From positions 17,912,087 through 17,976,086 of the forward strand of contig CM119266.1 of assembly GCA_051294375.1 (NCBI GenBank): a stretch of 64,000 nucleotides of DNA. Direction: 5' to 3'. The position numbers and the translations under genes are program-made. Below the pieces are notes generated by a model. That model was not told the origin of the DNA and did no database searches. It saw nothing but the letters and a program-made list of their open reading frames with translations. The DNA comes from Paraspadella gotoi. Taxonomy: Eukaryota; Animalia; Chaetognatha. Below are positions 25,701 through 45,587 of the stretch, piece after piece. The first letter of the stretch is position 1, and each line of letters starts with the position of its first letter.

Positions 25701-28185
25701 TTTTATTACTTTAAGTCTCATTTGCGTATTACTTTCATCCTAAAAATTTCTTCACAAAGCGATGTTCGCCAACGACGCTTGCGGTGCCCCAATCCCTTGG
25801 CAGCACACTTTACCCTGGACGTTTTTCGACGGAAAAATATTCCACCACAAAATGCTCAGATCCATTCATAACAAACCCTTGCTGGAGATCTGCGACGGCC
25901 AAATGGATCAGGTATTGCTCTTCTTATCTCAAGTAATGGTTGATAAATATTGTAGTAAAACTAAAATAAATTTAGATTGATCAATGTTAATCTCATTTGA
26001 AACGATTTACAAATGACTCGTCTACAAAATTGACGACCATCGTCTTTTTTCTTTGGGACCAGGTGGTGAAAGTGGAGCGACTCCGCGAAGCCCTCATCGC
26101 CGGAACTAAATTTGGATTCGCGCAAACGAAAATGCTGTACCCTTCTCTCGGTGACGCAGATCAAAGTAACCATTACATTTTACCCTTAATTAGTAAATAG
26201 TAAGGCGTAGTGAAAGTTGCAGATAAAAATTCGAATAGTTGATCATGAACAGTCTTGGACTAAAGAACATTGATATATAACTTTTTTTTTAAATTTCTAA
26301 ATTTTCGCATACGCCCATATTTATACATAGTACTCGCCATAGAAAATGTCAAAATTTTAAAAATATTTTTTTTGAGTTTTGAAAGCGGAATCCAATTTCA
26401 TTTAGCCAAAAATTCAAAAAACTATGTTATTCTAAAATTTAATTATAAGTTAATTATAATAATTTTAATAATTTTTAAGATTTTGACCCACTTAATGAAA
26501 TAATTTTCTTTTATAAACTTTTCGTGCGGAATTCGAATCTGCTTTTAATGGTGCGAAAATTGAAAAATCAAAATTATTTTTTTATTTAATTCTACTTGAT
26601 TTTAATATTTTTGTTACACTTTATTAATCAGGCTCTTATCGATTGGAGGTTATAAAAATTGGTTTATCTAATTCTATGTATTTTTTATCTTCAGATTTCT
26701 CCCCCGGCCCCCATCCAACCCCCGTCCAACAATCTGCCGGTGGTCAACTTCAAATCGCCGGGGTCGTCGTCGGCAACTGGGGCGGCAGCGCTCGAGGCTC
26801 GAGAGGCGCCCCGATCACGCAGGTATGTATTTTTCGGGAACGAGGATTCGAAGAAGTCAACAGTCTACAGAAACTTCAATCTGAACTGATACGAAAAGAC
26901 TTGTAATGTAATCGATACAAAGAGTAATCAGGTTATAAAATTTTTTCATTCTAATAGAAAAATATTGGACTTTTTTTTCTGACCAATTTGTAACATTTTA
27001 GTTACGATAGTTGCTATGAAATTGGTACAACCAATATATGTTATAAACATTTTCCTCAGAGGGTAAATTTCTGAATAAGCATTTTTTACTTTGAAATTTG
27101 TATTTTGAAAGTGAATTTTACTATCAATCCCTCAGTTCCCATTAAAACAATTCAATTTTTTTTCATGCTTCATTTTTATGATTAATGAAATACTTTAGTT
27201 AATGAATCAAGAAACAGAATCGAATTTCAGCTTGGGGGAACAATTTACTAAACTGACTTTTTATCACCAAAGTTTTTTATTTTTGTAACATAACTTCACA
27301 ATCAGTGTTAAAAATTGTTATATTGTTAAAAAATATTAAAATTTGGACCCAAAAAATGAGAAAAAGTGACTCCGCGCTTGAGAGTTACTGTGATTATACT
27401 ATTAAGAAATTCGAACATTTTTTTAGGTCAACATAAACGTCCAGTAGTTTTATAACTAATAAATGTTATAAAAATAATATACAGTGAAAGAATTACGAGT
27501 TTAATCGAGTCTTTTCGTATCGGTCTAGATTGAAGTCCCTGTATCTGATTCTTATTAGCCTTCGTCCCAGATTCATTCGGTCGTTCCTCGAGACACTTTT
27601 GTCGGAGGTAGACCCCGCGGTGTGACGGCGCCTCCTCGAGGGCCCCTCCGCGGCGCCATGAATCTGAACCAAGCCCGCGGCGCCGTCGCCCGAAATCAGC
27701 ATCGCAGAAGGGAAGATTTTTACGAGGATTTTGATTCGAACAATTTTTCCGCCAACTTTCCCTTTCGAGTTGGAGGGATCGCTGGCCCGGGCTACGGCGC
27801 CGGGCAAATTTACGGCCAAAATTACGCTCAAAACTTTGGACAAAATTACAGACAAAACTACGGGCAAAACTTCGGAAATCCCTATAATTTTAACTCTTTG
27901 ACTGCCGTTCAATCCCGATCGAAACATTATCAGAACTTTTCCCTTCGGGGAAGGGGGTCATCGCGGGGCCTGAGGGGGTCATCCAAGGGGAGGGCTCTCG
28001 GTGGCGTCGGGCCGGGTCGTGGCCAACGCGCCCTCCTCGGCGGCGGGAGGATGGAGACGACGGTGATGGGGAGAGGGACGATCTTGAAGAGCAGATCGGA
28101 AGAGGACGAACGACTCGAGGGAGAAACGAAGGCCAACCAAAGTTGGTCGGTCGAGATGGAGAAGGAAATCGACCAAATGTGTTAA
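19712..28185 (+). CDS. FAM120: FAM120 family protein (PIN-like RNA-binding), ~16 exons
   Basis: MGIQSLQHFLE, LVLDAESCLDRLYGG..DW.SGGQWN, DDHHQEAIAYCREN, AALLGNH, FANDACGAPIPW..PW.FFDGK.F, GGQLQIAGVVVGNWG, and an RGG-rich tail; exons join through GT-AG introns. Confidence 0.92.
21359..21574. mobile_element. AT-rich fold-back MITE; second, inverted copy at ~32954-33176
   Basis: Ends GATTCTGATAAAG...CTTTATCAGAATC; a reverse-complement copy lies in PSMC2 intron 3. Confidence 0.65.
21774..22030 (-). mobile_element. Dispersed intronic repeat family (non-autonomous element)
   Basis: Core aagtcaggggcaagatagcttatttattgaatgaatggataatttttatattggttgtaccaatttcat recurs at ~22060-22230 (-), ~25405-25507 (+), ~33640-33851 (+) and ~41121-41177 (+). 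Confidence 0.8.
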
Positions 28186-29087
28186 GATTGAAACTTTTCT
28201 TTTTTTTTTCCTTTTGTGTGTAAATGCTCGTCACATCACGAATCAATGGAGTTAAGCTTAGAGAATTATTTTAGCATCGAAATATTGAAATTTTGTTGGA
28301 TTTTTGCGGTTGAATAATAATTAGTATTAATGAATTGGAAGATACTAATATGCCTTCCAAATTTTTTTTTTTTTTTGAAAATTTTTTTTTAATGATTTCA
28401 ATGATACCAATTGTAATCAATGCTGTTTTGATTATCTATTTAATCTGAAAGTCGCTGTCTTGGGACTTTGCTTCGGATTTTGATTTGTCAGATGGCTTTG
28501 GTTAAAGATGGGAAACCTGGAGTAATGGAATATTCAAATAAGTTTTTGTGAATTCTTATTTTTTTATATGAAAATTGTTTTCCTTCCACCATTTTCCTTT
28601 TATTTACTTAAGTTTAGATTATGGAAATATAATTTTCTGGAACTACTAATATAAAATAAGTCGTACTCGGCAGACTTTCAAATATGTAAATCGAAATCGG
28701 CTCGCTTAGTATTTAATGACTTAGACGTTACTCATAAATCTTTTTACAAATTGAATAGATTTCTTAGCTCTACTAAGCTTATTACTCTCAAGAGCTTTTT
28801 TATTTTTACTCGGTGTCTAATTCATTGTGAGCTTTAAAATTGATTTGTTACTGGGTGCCAAACAGACAAACGGAGGAACGGTGAGAAAGAGTTCAGCGAA
28901 GTTATACATGACTTTCGCATATTTGATTTTTGTATTTATCCCGTTGAACATTTTTTCTTGTAAGACTCTGTTGTTATCTTTCCTATTTTCCTCCTCCCCC
29001 TATTTCAGCTTAACATTATTTTCGACGTATAATTATTTCATTCCTAAAATTATTAAAAAAAACTGCAAGACAACGAATTCTCGTAAA

Positions 29088-35788
<6,701 letters not shown>

Positions 35789-36497
35789 TTGAGATAAAAG
35801 ACGAGAAAGTGAAAAAAAAATCTGATTCGAATTGATATATATTATAATTCTGCGTTGATATATGTATTGTGTGTCACTATTTGCAGCTATGAGTTTGTAA
35901 AAATGTAAAAACATCTTTGATGACATCGATGGTGATTTTGACTTCGTTCTGGGTCGCGTTGTAAACGACAACGTAAGGAAGATTGAACTGTTGTCGAGGT
36001 TAACTTCTTATTCTCCATTTTATCGGTTGTTTGCGCCTAAACTTTTAAGTTTTGACGAAGAACTTTGAATAAAAATTTAAACTCGCATCTTGGTATTTTA
36101 TTTTTTATAATATGTGATTTTAAATCGTTAACATTTCTGACCCGGCTGCCGCAGCAGCAGCAACGACACCCACTTGAGCTTCACCAAGACATAAGCCGCA
36201 CAAGCTAATCGTTAAAAATAAAAGAAAATTCTGAGGGAAACATTGCGTTTCTCTCTAAGCTTCATATTCTAATTTAGGGTTAGGTTTAGTAGTTAAAATC
36301 GTCCAGAAAGAAGCGATGGATTTTCGACTTTTGACGCAAAACTCCGAAAGTTGATGATCGAGGCGATAATGGAATCGATCTCTGTGCGCTGCAGAGCCGC
36401 AGCTTGGCTGCGTCGCGACAGACTCGCGGAATAAGATCGCCATAATTAACTTCTCTCGAAACTAACTTCCCAACTCTTCCACCAACTCAAAATCAAA

Positions 36498-39400
36498 ATG
36501 CCGACCAAACCGATCGACATGGAGACCCTGCGCAAGCTCGTCCGCTCCATCCTCCTAGTCAAGAAAAACGAGTACGAGCGTCACGAGTTCCTCGCCATCT
36601 TCAAGGAGATGCAGGGCCAGGAGTTCCCCTACGCGACGCTGGGGTTCGAATCGGACTTAGAGCTCATTAAATCCATGAGCGACGTCGTACATATTCGTCA
36701 AAGAGGAACGAGGATCTTCTTCTGTCCCGTCATAACCCCGGAAATATCTCACATCTTCAAGATGAAGCAGGGGGAAAAAGTCAGCAAGAACAATTCGGGT
36801 AGACTCCGAGCGCCGCAGCAGCCGCCCCGACCACGGGGTTTCCAGGCGCCGAGGATGCCACCTCAAAGAATTCCACCTCAAAGAATGCCACCTCAAAGAA
36901 TGCAACCTCAAAGAATGCAACACCATGGAATGCCGCCGCAAAGAATGCCCACCCAGGGAATGACAACCCAAAGAATGCCTCCTCGGTTAATGCCGACCTC
37001 CACCGGCGACTCTCTCTCCCCTTCGTCCGACCGAGAGGCACCACACTCTGGAGAAATGCTTTCCGGAGACGACGGATACAGAGATGCTTCCCTGGAGGAT
37101 GAAATATTCGCGCCTCAACCAAAGTCTAAAGATTTCTCCTCAAACTCTTCCCTTCGCCCATTCATCCCCGAGTCGCATCTCTGCAAATTAATGACCCTTT
37201 TGGAGGAAAATCCCAGAGGCTCGAGCGCGACTCGTCTCTCCTCCGCCTATCGTCGTCGATGGAACGAAGATTTGGACGTGGTCTCTTGGGGATTCTCCGA
37301 CGTCCTTGACGCTTTGAACAACGGACTTCGAGATCTCGTCGTGTCGCAACCGTTGGACAACGGAGACAGCTTGGTACTTTCCAGACGTTGCGTACCCAAG
37401 TATCGCTTGGAGGCTTACGACGCCATTGTCAAGGCGGGTCCGACCGGAGAGTCGACGACGACGACGACTACCTTGGCCACCGACACGACAGTCTCCGCCT
37501 CTCCGACGATCGATTCCACCCGGGATGCCCTCCACGCCGTCCGCGACGTCTTCCAAAGTATCTTGGACGAGCATCCTGGAGGAGTGAGGCTGACTAAGAT
37601 GTTGTGGAGATTCAAGGCGATCGCCGGACGAGAGATTCCGGTGGAGGAGTTGGGATTCGCTTCCGCCTACGATCTCTTCGTTGGGATGAAGGATCTTTTC
37701 CTCGTCGAGAAATCTTGCGGAGATTATCTCCTCAGCGACGCCAAGCGTCGTGGAACGACGACGACCACAACGAGTTCCTACGTCGGCACGAATATCGGGA
37801 CGTCGGCCTCCGCGGCCTCGATAGCATCGATGGCGTCAGCTCGGTCGGCGGCGGCGGCGGCGGCGGCGGTGGCAGAACCATCTCATTCGCTGATAAACTC
37901 GATGGACAAAGTTGAAGCCTTGAAGGACGTTCTCGTCCAAGTCCTTAAGAAATGCGGACCGGAGGGCGTGCCCGCCCATCAAATCCCTCGCACTTTTCAA
38001 TATATGACGGGCAAATCTCTTCATCCAGGAGATTATGGATACAGGAACATCCGGGCCATGATCGATTCTCTCCGCGACATTTGCCAGTTGAAAAGATCCT
38101 CGATCCAATTGGCCAACTCTGAAACGCCGGTCGAGGTGGTGGTGTTGTCGCCTCTTTTGGCCGGAGATCGGATCGCGGAGACTCATCTTCTTCCATCTGT
38201 CCGCGGGAACTCCGTCGATCCAGTCGCCAAAGATTCGCCCATCTTCTCCGTCTCTCGGCCACCGGAACTCGTTGTCCCGCACGACGCGGCCGGTATCCAC
38301 GACAGGTTCCAGCCGCCGGCGGAGCTCCCACACGGAATTTGGCTCGAGTTGGAAGTCTCTCACGTCTACTCGCCGGGAGAGTTTTACTATCAGGTGTGCA
38401 CTGTTCAGCGAAAAATATAAAGGCGGTTAATAGCAAATCTCAATCAATGAATACGTCAAAAGTTACAAAAATAGACGCATAACAAAATGTTTTATTTATA
38501 AATGAATAAATAATCAAAATTAATAACACAGGCGGCGGGGGAGGAGAGGTACGAGCTGGAGATTCTCATGGCGCGGTTGCAGGATTGCAGAGGAGAGGAT
38601 GCCTTCTATCGAATTCCGACGGAGATTTTGATGGAAGGATTAATCTGCGTTGCCAAATACGAGAATCAGTGGCACAGGTGAGGTTTGTTGGGTCAATTTA
38701 TACATATATATATATATTTTTATTTATGTAGCAGATTGATTTGTGAATTGTCTAAAATGAGATTGAGGAACTCAATCTCATTTGCATATTGTCGTATTCT
38801 GATTAAGCTTTGATAAATTAAGCTAATTAATAAATTAAGCTTTGATAAATATCAGGGTAACCATCATCAAAACAGAGATATCCCTCTGTTAGATTTATAG
38901 TACTTAACTATTTATACGAACCTTCTGTTCATTATTACACGCACGACCCGATTCTTTTTTACCAGAGCTTGGCTGAGTTGAGCCTTGAGACGTAATTTTT
39001 CATTAGCCAACAGTAGAGTGGGAGAGGGGAGAAGAACTTTCACTGTTGTTAGTTACTCAAAAAGCTTAAATAGTCAAATTATAGGAAGTTGAAAAATAAA
39101 TATATATATATAGTGTTCCATCCACAGTCCTAACGGCTTCCCTCTGCGTTGGCAAAGCGAGACCGTCCTAGGGTAACCGCGCCAGTGACTGGAGGCGTCA
39201 CTGAGGGTCAGAAGCCCCCAACGCCAACAGTGAGATGCCCCATCCCAATGGGCATCACAGGGAACCCGGCTGTTGCCATAATAGCTTTATTGTATGAAAA
39301 TAAACTAATGCGATAGATGCAGAATGAATGGGGAACATGAGTAGCATTTACTATGTACATCTATTTAACCCTCCTTTGGCTCCTAGGCCCGTCTTGGGTG

Positions 39401-41641
39401 AGATAATCGTTTATTATTGCTTTGTTGTGACTTCGTTGTCGTAGTCACGCTTTCTTACAATATTTTACAATTTTTTTCACAGGGCCGTCATCGAAAGAGT
39501 CTGCCATCCACCTGAAGTAGAAATATTTTACGTCGATTACGGGACAAAAGCTTCTAAATCCTATCATGAGCTTCGCCTGATAAACCGTCGCTTCCTCACG
39601 CTCCCCATGCAAGCCCGTCTGGCGAGCCTGGCAGGCATCAGGCCTGTCAACGCCGACGGAACTTGGTCGCAGGAATCCTACCTGGCTTTGCTCGACTTTG
39701 CCCACAGAACCAATCGACTAATGGGGAAAATTGAGATGAGAGATTCCCACGGCGACTGCATGTAAAAAAAGAATGGGAGACCTTGAGGGGTATTGAAGGC
39801 GTGAAGAAATAGAGGGAAAATAATGGTATATTTCGCGAAGAGTAGAAACGAGAGAATGTATCGCTAGACAAAATATACTGAGGGGCAGGAGGAGGGAAGA
39901 AGAGGAAGAGGAGAATTGGACGGCAGGCTAAATCCTCCTCTGGAGACTTAAAGTCGTCTTTTAAAAATAGATAATGATATTATTTAAATTCAATTGATTC
40001 AGGTTCTTGGCTGAATTCATCGGAGATCAACATCGATACATCAATGACGAGCTATTCGATGGTGGATTGGCAGCTCCCCTCGGAGATTTCAAAACCGTAG
40101 TCTCCCCTCGCGGTGGCGGCAGTTCCAGCAGCTCCAGCAAACCCGACGCCAATTCCAGCTCCATACGCCTTATCTTTCACGGATCTCGAGTCTTCGTCTT
40201 CGTCCTGGCGCCGGAATTGGAATCTGTTCCCCTCGAGGCTATCACGATCGGTGGCGCCATCTACGTCACCCGAGATTCTCTGTCTCGTCTCCTATGGCCA
40301 GATGCGTCGATCAAAGTAGCGGCGGCGTTGAAGCAGAAGCCGCTGCCGGAGGATTCCACCGCTACGCGTAAGACGGAGACTGTACAGCTGACTCACCTAC
40401 CCGCGCTGCGCAACGAGGTCATTCAGGCCAACCTTGGATCGAGCCGCGACGCCGACGGGCAGCCCCGACCCAAGATCGTCGTCTACGAACTAGAAGACTT
40501 GGCCAAGTTGGCCCGGCATTTTGGTGCCGCCTTCGAGAGGATACTCGTCGGCGCCGCGAAGGAGATCGGCGAGGCTTGGCGGAGCGGCACTCTCGAGATC
40601 TTCAAGCGGCGCCCAGGATCCGAGGAAGAATCGCAACGGACGAGGGCGTGGAGGGACGCAGCCGATCCGTTCCGAAACCGGGGAGACGAGGGGACGACGA
40701 CGAAAACGAAAACGTTGATTTCGTCGTCTCGTGGGTTGAAGGAGGAAGCTGACCGCATCATTAACAACTACAGCAGCTTTAACGGCCTCGCCTTCAACCA
40801 TCAAATTCCTTCCGCCAATTCGCTCGAAGAAGAAGAAGAAGAAGAAATCTTCGTCTCCGACTACGAAGACGACGACAACGAAGACCTTGACGACACCGCC
40901 CACCTGATCGAGTGGACGCGCTCAGCCGCCGCCCTCGTCTCTCTCCGCGATCAGCTCCAGTTTTGGGTGACGAAGAAACAAGAGATCCTGATGGAGATGG
41001 TGAAACCCGAGGCGATGAAGTCGACGCCGATGAAGCAGCTTGTCGATCGATTGAGTTACGTCGAGGGACAACTGGGGAAGTTGCGTGCTCGACAGGGTAA
41101 GAGCCTCTCCTTAATATAAAGTCCAAAGTCAGGGGCAAGATAGCTTGTTTATTAAATGAATGGATAACCAATTTCATAATATAAATTTTATAAAATTATC
41201 TATTCATCCAATCAATAAGATAACTTGATTTTGGACAATGGACAGGCAATAGTGGGTTTACATTATACATCTTAATTCTTACGTAGCAGAAACCTTCCAG
41301 ATTCCAATCAAGACTATTTCATAATCAAATTGTTATAAGGGCTACCGTAATGTTAGTTAACTCCATCTCTCTTACCCTTCCCTTTTTTTCTAGATAATCG
41401 TCCCTCACCCTCGTCCGCCTTTGTCCCCATTTCCCCCGCCGCCCCAACTCAACGACTCAACGCCGCTTCCTTCCATCCCAGCGGCGTCAGCGGCGGGGTC
41501 GATACTCCTCCTCTCTATTCCGTCTCCTCCTGCTCCGCCGAGTCGAATCTCAACTCCTTTGACTCCTCATCCTCTTCTTCGAGGGTGGAGTCGGCCGCCA
41601 AGAGGATCGATCAGGCTTTCCGCAACATCACCATCGATTAA
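36498..41641 (+). CDS. TDRD5: LOTUS (OST-HTH) and Tudor domain germ-granule protein, TDRD5/Tejas-like, 5 exons
   Basis: Four LOTUS-like units (e.g. QEFPYATLGF, REIPVEELGF, KSLHPGDYGY) and one extended Tudor (VSHVYSPGEFYYQ, CVAKYENQWHRAVI, FYVDYG, LPMQA). Exons 36498-38393, 38532-38677, 39483-39761, 40003-41096, 41394-41641. Confidence 0.82.
39111..39281. mobile_element. Internal fragment of the TG..CA element
   Basis: Near-identical to the reverse complement of ~1455-1627. Confidence 0.85.
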
Positions 41642-43676
41642 AGGAAGACTGTTTACGGTGTGGAAAGGAAACTGTAGTGTTTTAGGGAGGTGGGCTATTT
41701 CTCGAGCAGAGAAGCGACCTTTATTAAGCTCATTAGGTTTTTTCCTGTTAGTCTTTTTAGATTTCAGTGTATGTAGGATTATTTATTATGTGAGTTCAAA
41801 TGGAATAATTTCACATTCTCTTATCCAAGAGAGTAATATCGTTGCAATTCAATTCCATTGCTTCCATTTGCTTACTCTTGATGTCATTTATTTCCAAATT
41901 CTTCTTTGCCCAAAGAAATCTCGTTGAATGTTAAATCATTGATTTGTCAAACATTAAAAATTCGCCGTATACAGTATGATTTTTCTCGTTTGTAACATTT
42001 CGTGACAGTATATCAATGCAACCGTAAAATTGAAAAAGATTAATGATAGTCGGTTTTGAACGTTTCGGTTTGGCATTTTGTATGATTCTTTATTCTTTAT
42101 TTAGTGACTGTCTAGAGGAGTTTAAATTTGAAACTTCAATGCAATTTTCCATTTTTTTTTCTGATGATTAAAAAGTACTTAATATTAAAATGTAGCATTT
42201 TTTCTCCTCTTTAAAATGAAATCAAATTTAAGGTAATTCAAATATCAAAATACCACTGACAGCTAAAAAATGTAAATAAATGGTATTAAAAAAGTAGTTC
42301 AATATATGAAAACAAATGAATTATGAATTTGTTAAATTAAAAAAAATGTTAAAATCAGCTTACGTTTTATAAAAAAATCATTTCCTTACTATTTTTAAAA
42401 GTTACTAAGCACCTAAGCATTAAACGAATATGAAATCTATAACACATTGAAAAGCAGGCAAAATTTTACATTTTGCATACTAAATTATTAAATTTGACTA
42501 AGTTTTGATTGGTTGTGACTGCGTGAAATATTAAAAAGGTGAAAAAATCCTAAGTTGATCGGCACATTTGAGGAGTTCATTGGAGAAAAGAAGTTATTAC
42601 TTATTAGAATTGTGTAAAAATTGATCGATTCAAAAATGCCAGACGGCGGGCTTGGTTGTGACTATGTGAAACAAAGAGTAAAAAAATCAAAAGTTGATGA
42701 GTTAATTGGAGCAAAGAAGGTAATACTTATTAGAATTGTGTTAAAATTGATCGGTTCAAAAATGCCAAATGGCAGGCTACAAAATAAGCCATAATTTAAG
42801 TCTCTAAGGTGAAGGGACTATGAGATATCGCCACGGGAAATGTTACAATAGAAAAAAAAATCATTCTGTAAGTCTGCGCGAAAGATTGATATTATCGCAT
42901 CTCATTTCTGATGTTTCACATTCCTCTCGAATTCTATTCGTATTTTTTACTCATTAATTTGTTTCTATATTGTTTCATTCGTCGATCGAATTGATCGCCG
43001 AGTGGGTTTGCGGTTCGCCTCCGCCTTTATAATAATTGTAAAAATCGATTGTTATAAACCAGAAAAGAAAAACACCTTAATAATGTATGTGCCTTAGTTA
43101 CATGAATGATTCTAGATGATTAGCAAGTTTTTGATTACCTCTTTATCTTGTTTTAGTGCTTATTAAAGATTCTGTGATCAGACGCCCAACTTTTTGTCAC
43201 CCTCCAATTCGTCTTCATTCGTTCGTTTTTCTTTTTATTAGTGGTGAACGTTTGAGTTCAAAACTTTCCCCAACAAATGTGAGAGAAAAAAAGCAACGTT
43301 TTCGATGATCGTAAACAATATTAAAAATAAGATTTGGATATTGAATATCCAAAGGTCTTATGTGTGTTGTTGGGCACACGACCCATTCCGTCCTTATCAA
43401 GGGGAAATGCCAAACATCTCTCCTTTTCGACAACACGATTATAGGACCCTTTCATCGCGCTTATATAATTTATTGAGAAATGTGTAGGTCGAATTTCGTT
43501 ATTCATGATTTATGTGTTTTGGTAAAGTTTTTGTGAAATTGACAATTGAATAACAATAAAAGTTGCGCATATCTCCACTAAATGTTTTAAAAACTTAATT
43601 CACAGCAAATTCTGAGAAATGAGCTGGATTTTTTATGTAGTTCTTGAGAAATTTAACCTTTGGAAAATACTTCAAT

Positions 43677-45587
43677 ATGCAAATGAGTTTAAGGGGACTC
43701 TGCGTAACTTCAGGATTCATCAACTTTAATCCACTCAAACTTTGGCGACAGATACTGAGCGCACACCCCATTAACGCCTCTATTTCTCTGGCCCGCCATT
43801 CCTCCGTCCCCGCCACCGCCACCGCCAACGTCGCCATTTTAAAATACAACAACAGCAAGATTCGCGGTTCCAACGAGTTGGGCAGCGCTGCCGCCAAAAT
43901 CGCCAATCCGTACGAGTTGTTGGTATTAACGGAGGCATACAGTCCCAAAGCCAAAGCCGAGCATCGATTCTCGCAATTGTGGCAAAATCCGAGCGTTCGC
44001 GAGATCCTCCAGGACGAAGGCTTAGCCGAGGGTCACCCCATTACCCCGCAGATTTTGGAGAAGATCGTTGCTTCGGTGGAGTCGCATCTCGCGTGTGCCA
44101 ACTCCGAGTCACTCTGGACGATCCTCTTCGACATCTGCGCCAACGCGGGTCCCCCTTTTTTCGAGTTGGGTTTTAGATTGTGGGGACGCGTGGGTCGCGA
44201 CGACGCCTTCGTTTCGCGCCTGGGTTTCCTCCGTCTATTGGCCAACAACGTCGCATATCGACCGAAACTTCACAAGACTCTTTCCGTCGAGTTAGAACGC
44301 TTTGTCGCCGACCACGCCTCAGTGACCAACTCTCCCATCGTCGCGAGAGAACTTCTCTTTCTCTTTTCTCGATCGCGCGATTGGAAGAAAGGGTTCGAAT
44401 TCTTGGGCCGATTGAAGTCGAAAAGAGAAGCCGAGTGGAAGGACTTTTGTTGCTTAGCAACGGTGGCTGCGAAGCAAGGCGAGCTCGACGCTGCTCTGCT
44501 GTTGCTGAGAAACTACGACGAGTCCTTCGGCTGGTCGCGCTCGCCGATCCTGATGCAGAACCGATTGGAAAACATCTCGGAGATTTGGAAGGAGGCGTTG
44601 GACGAGGCGCTACGACTGCAGCGGGTCGACGCCTCCGCCGCGGCAGAGCAGATGGTGAAGATTCTCCAGTTTTGGAAACGCGTCTCCTACGCTCCTCACA
44701 GAGACGAAGTGGACAAAGTCTCCGCCTGGTTTAAGGGGGCCGTCGGAGCGAAGAGAGTGTTCGATGGCGTCGTGGTTCCTTCGTCGGGCGTCTGCCCAAT
44801 CAGCGGCACGTCCCTCGCCCGACCGACCGCCCGTTTCTTCGAGACGATACAACGGACATTTTCCGATCACCTCCTCGCCGCCGACAACGTCTACCGTCAC
44901 TCGGACCCTCGAGACTTGGCCAACCTGCAAAACTTCGTTCGCATGTTCGGTCCGTTCGACGCCGTCGTCGACGGACTCAACATCTTTTACACGGCGCCTC
45001 GGGATCGACGACCCAACTCCCAGTGCCGCATCAAGGACGTCGCCGGCATCGTGCGGTCGCTACGGCACGATCTCGGACTCCACCGCGTCGCGGTGATAGC
45101 GCGACGATGGTGGAACTTGCCGCGCTACGCAAAGGTAATGGATAATCTTCGACGCCACGCCAAGACTTACCTCGCCAAAAATTTGACAGAAGACGACCTC
45201 TTCGCTTTTCATTGTTGCTTCCAAAGTGGGCGTGATTCGTTCCTCGTCTCCAACGATCTCTTCTTTGATCTTCGCATGACGCTTCCGGCCGAACATCGAG
45301 AGAGTCTCGTAGAGTTTCAACTCGCTCGTCAGATTAACTGCACGTATGACGCTGACGTCGACGAGTTGAGGCTCGTTCCGCCGCGGCCGTACGCGCCGTT
45401 CGTGCAGCGCCGAGGGGAGATTCTGTACGTGCCCTCGAGGGAATGGACGGAGGAGGAGGTGCGGGGATTGACGGACGTGCACGACATCAACGACAGGTGC
45501 ACTTCCATTGGCGCCGCATTGAGAATTCCCAACTCTTTCGTCGCCGTTCGATTGGATGAAGAAGATGAGATTTTGAAAATTGAATGA
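43677..45587 (+). CDS. PRORP: Mitochondrial protein-only RNase P catalytic subunit (MRPP3), intronless
   Basis: Presequence-like N-terminus, helical PPR-like region, NYN nuclease motifs FDAVVDGLN, EDDLF, LVSNDLFFD. Confidence 0.88.
   Translation: MQMSLRGLCVTSGFINFNPLKLWRQILSAHPINASISLARHSSVPATATANVAILKYNNSKIRGSNELGSAAAKIANPYELLVLTEAYSPKAKAEHRFSQLWQNPSVREILQDEGLAEGHPITPQILEKIVASVESHLACANSESLWTILFDICANAGPPFFELGFRLWGRVGRDDAFVSRLGFLRLLANNVAYRPKLHKTLSVELERFVADHASVTNSPIVARELLFLFSRSRDWKKGFEFLGRLKSKREAEWKDFCCLATVAAKQGELDAALLLLRNYDESFGWSRSPILMQNRLENISEIWKEALDEALRLQRVDASAAAEQMVKILQFWKRVSYAPHRDEVDKVSAWFKGAVGAKRVFDGVVVPSSGVCPISGTSLARPTARFFETIQRTFSDHLLAADNVYRHSDPRDLANLQNFVRMFGPFDAVVDGLNIFYTAPRDRRPNSQCRIKDVAGIVRSLRHDLGLHRVAVIARRWWNLPRYAKVMDNLRRHAKTYLAKNLTEDDLFAFHCCFQSGRDSFLVSNDLFFDLRMTLPAEHRESLVEFQLARQINCTYDADVDELRLVPPRPYAPFVQRRGEILYVPSREWTEEEVRGLTDVHDINDRCTSIGAALRIPNSFVAVRLDEEDEILKIE

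Noticed and set aside
43305-43487. 60-aa + strand ORF upstream of PRORP
   Set aside because: AT-rich codon usage unlike the real exons and no recognisable motif; cannot be supported without expression data.
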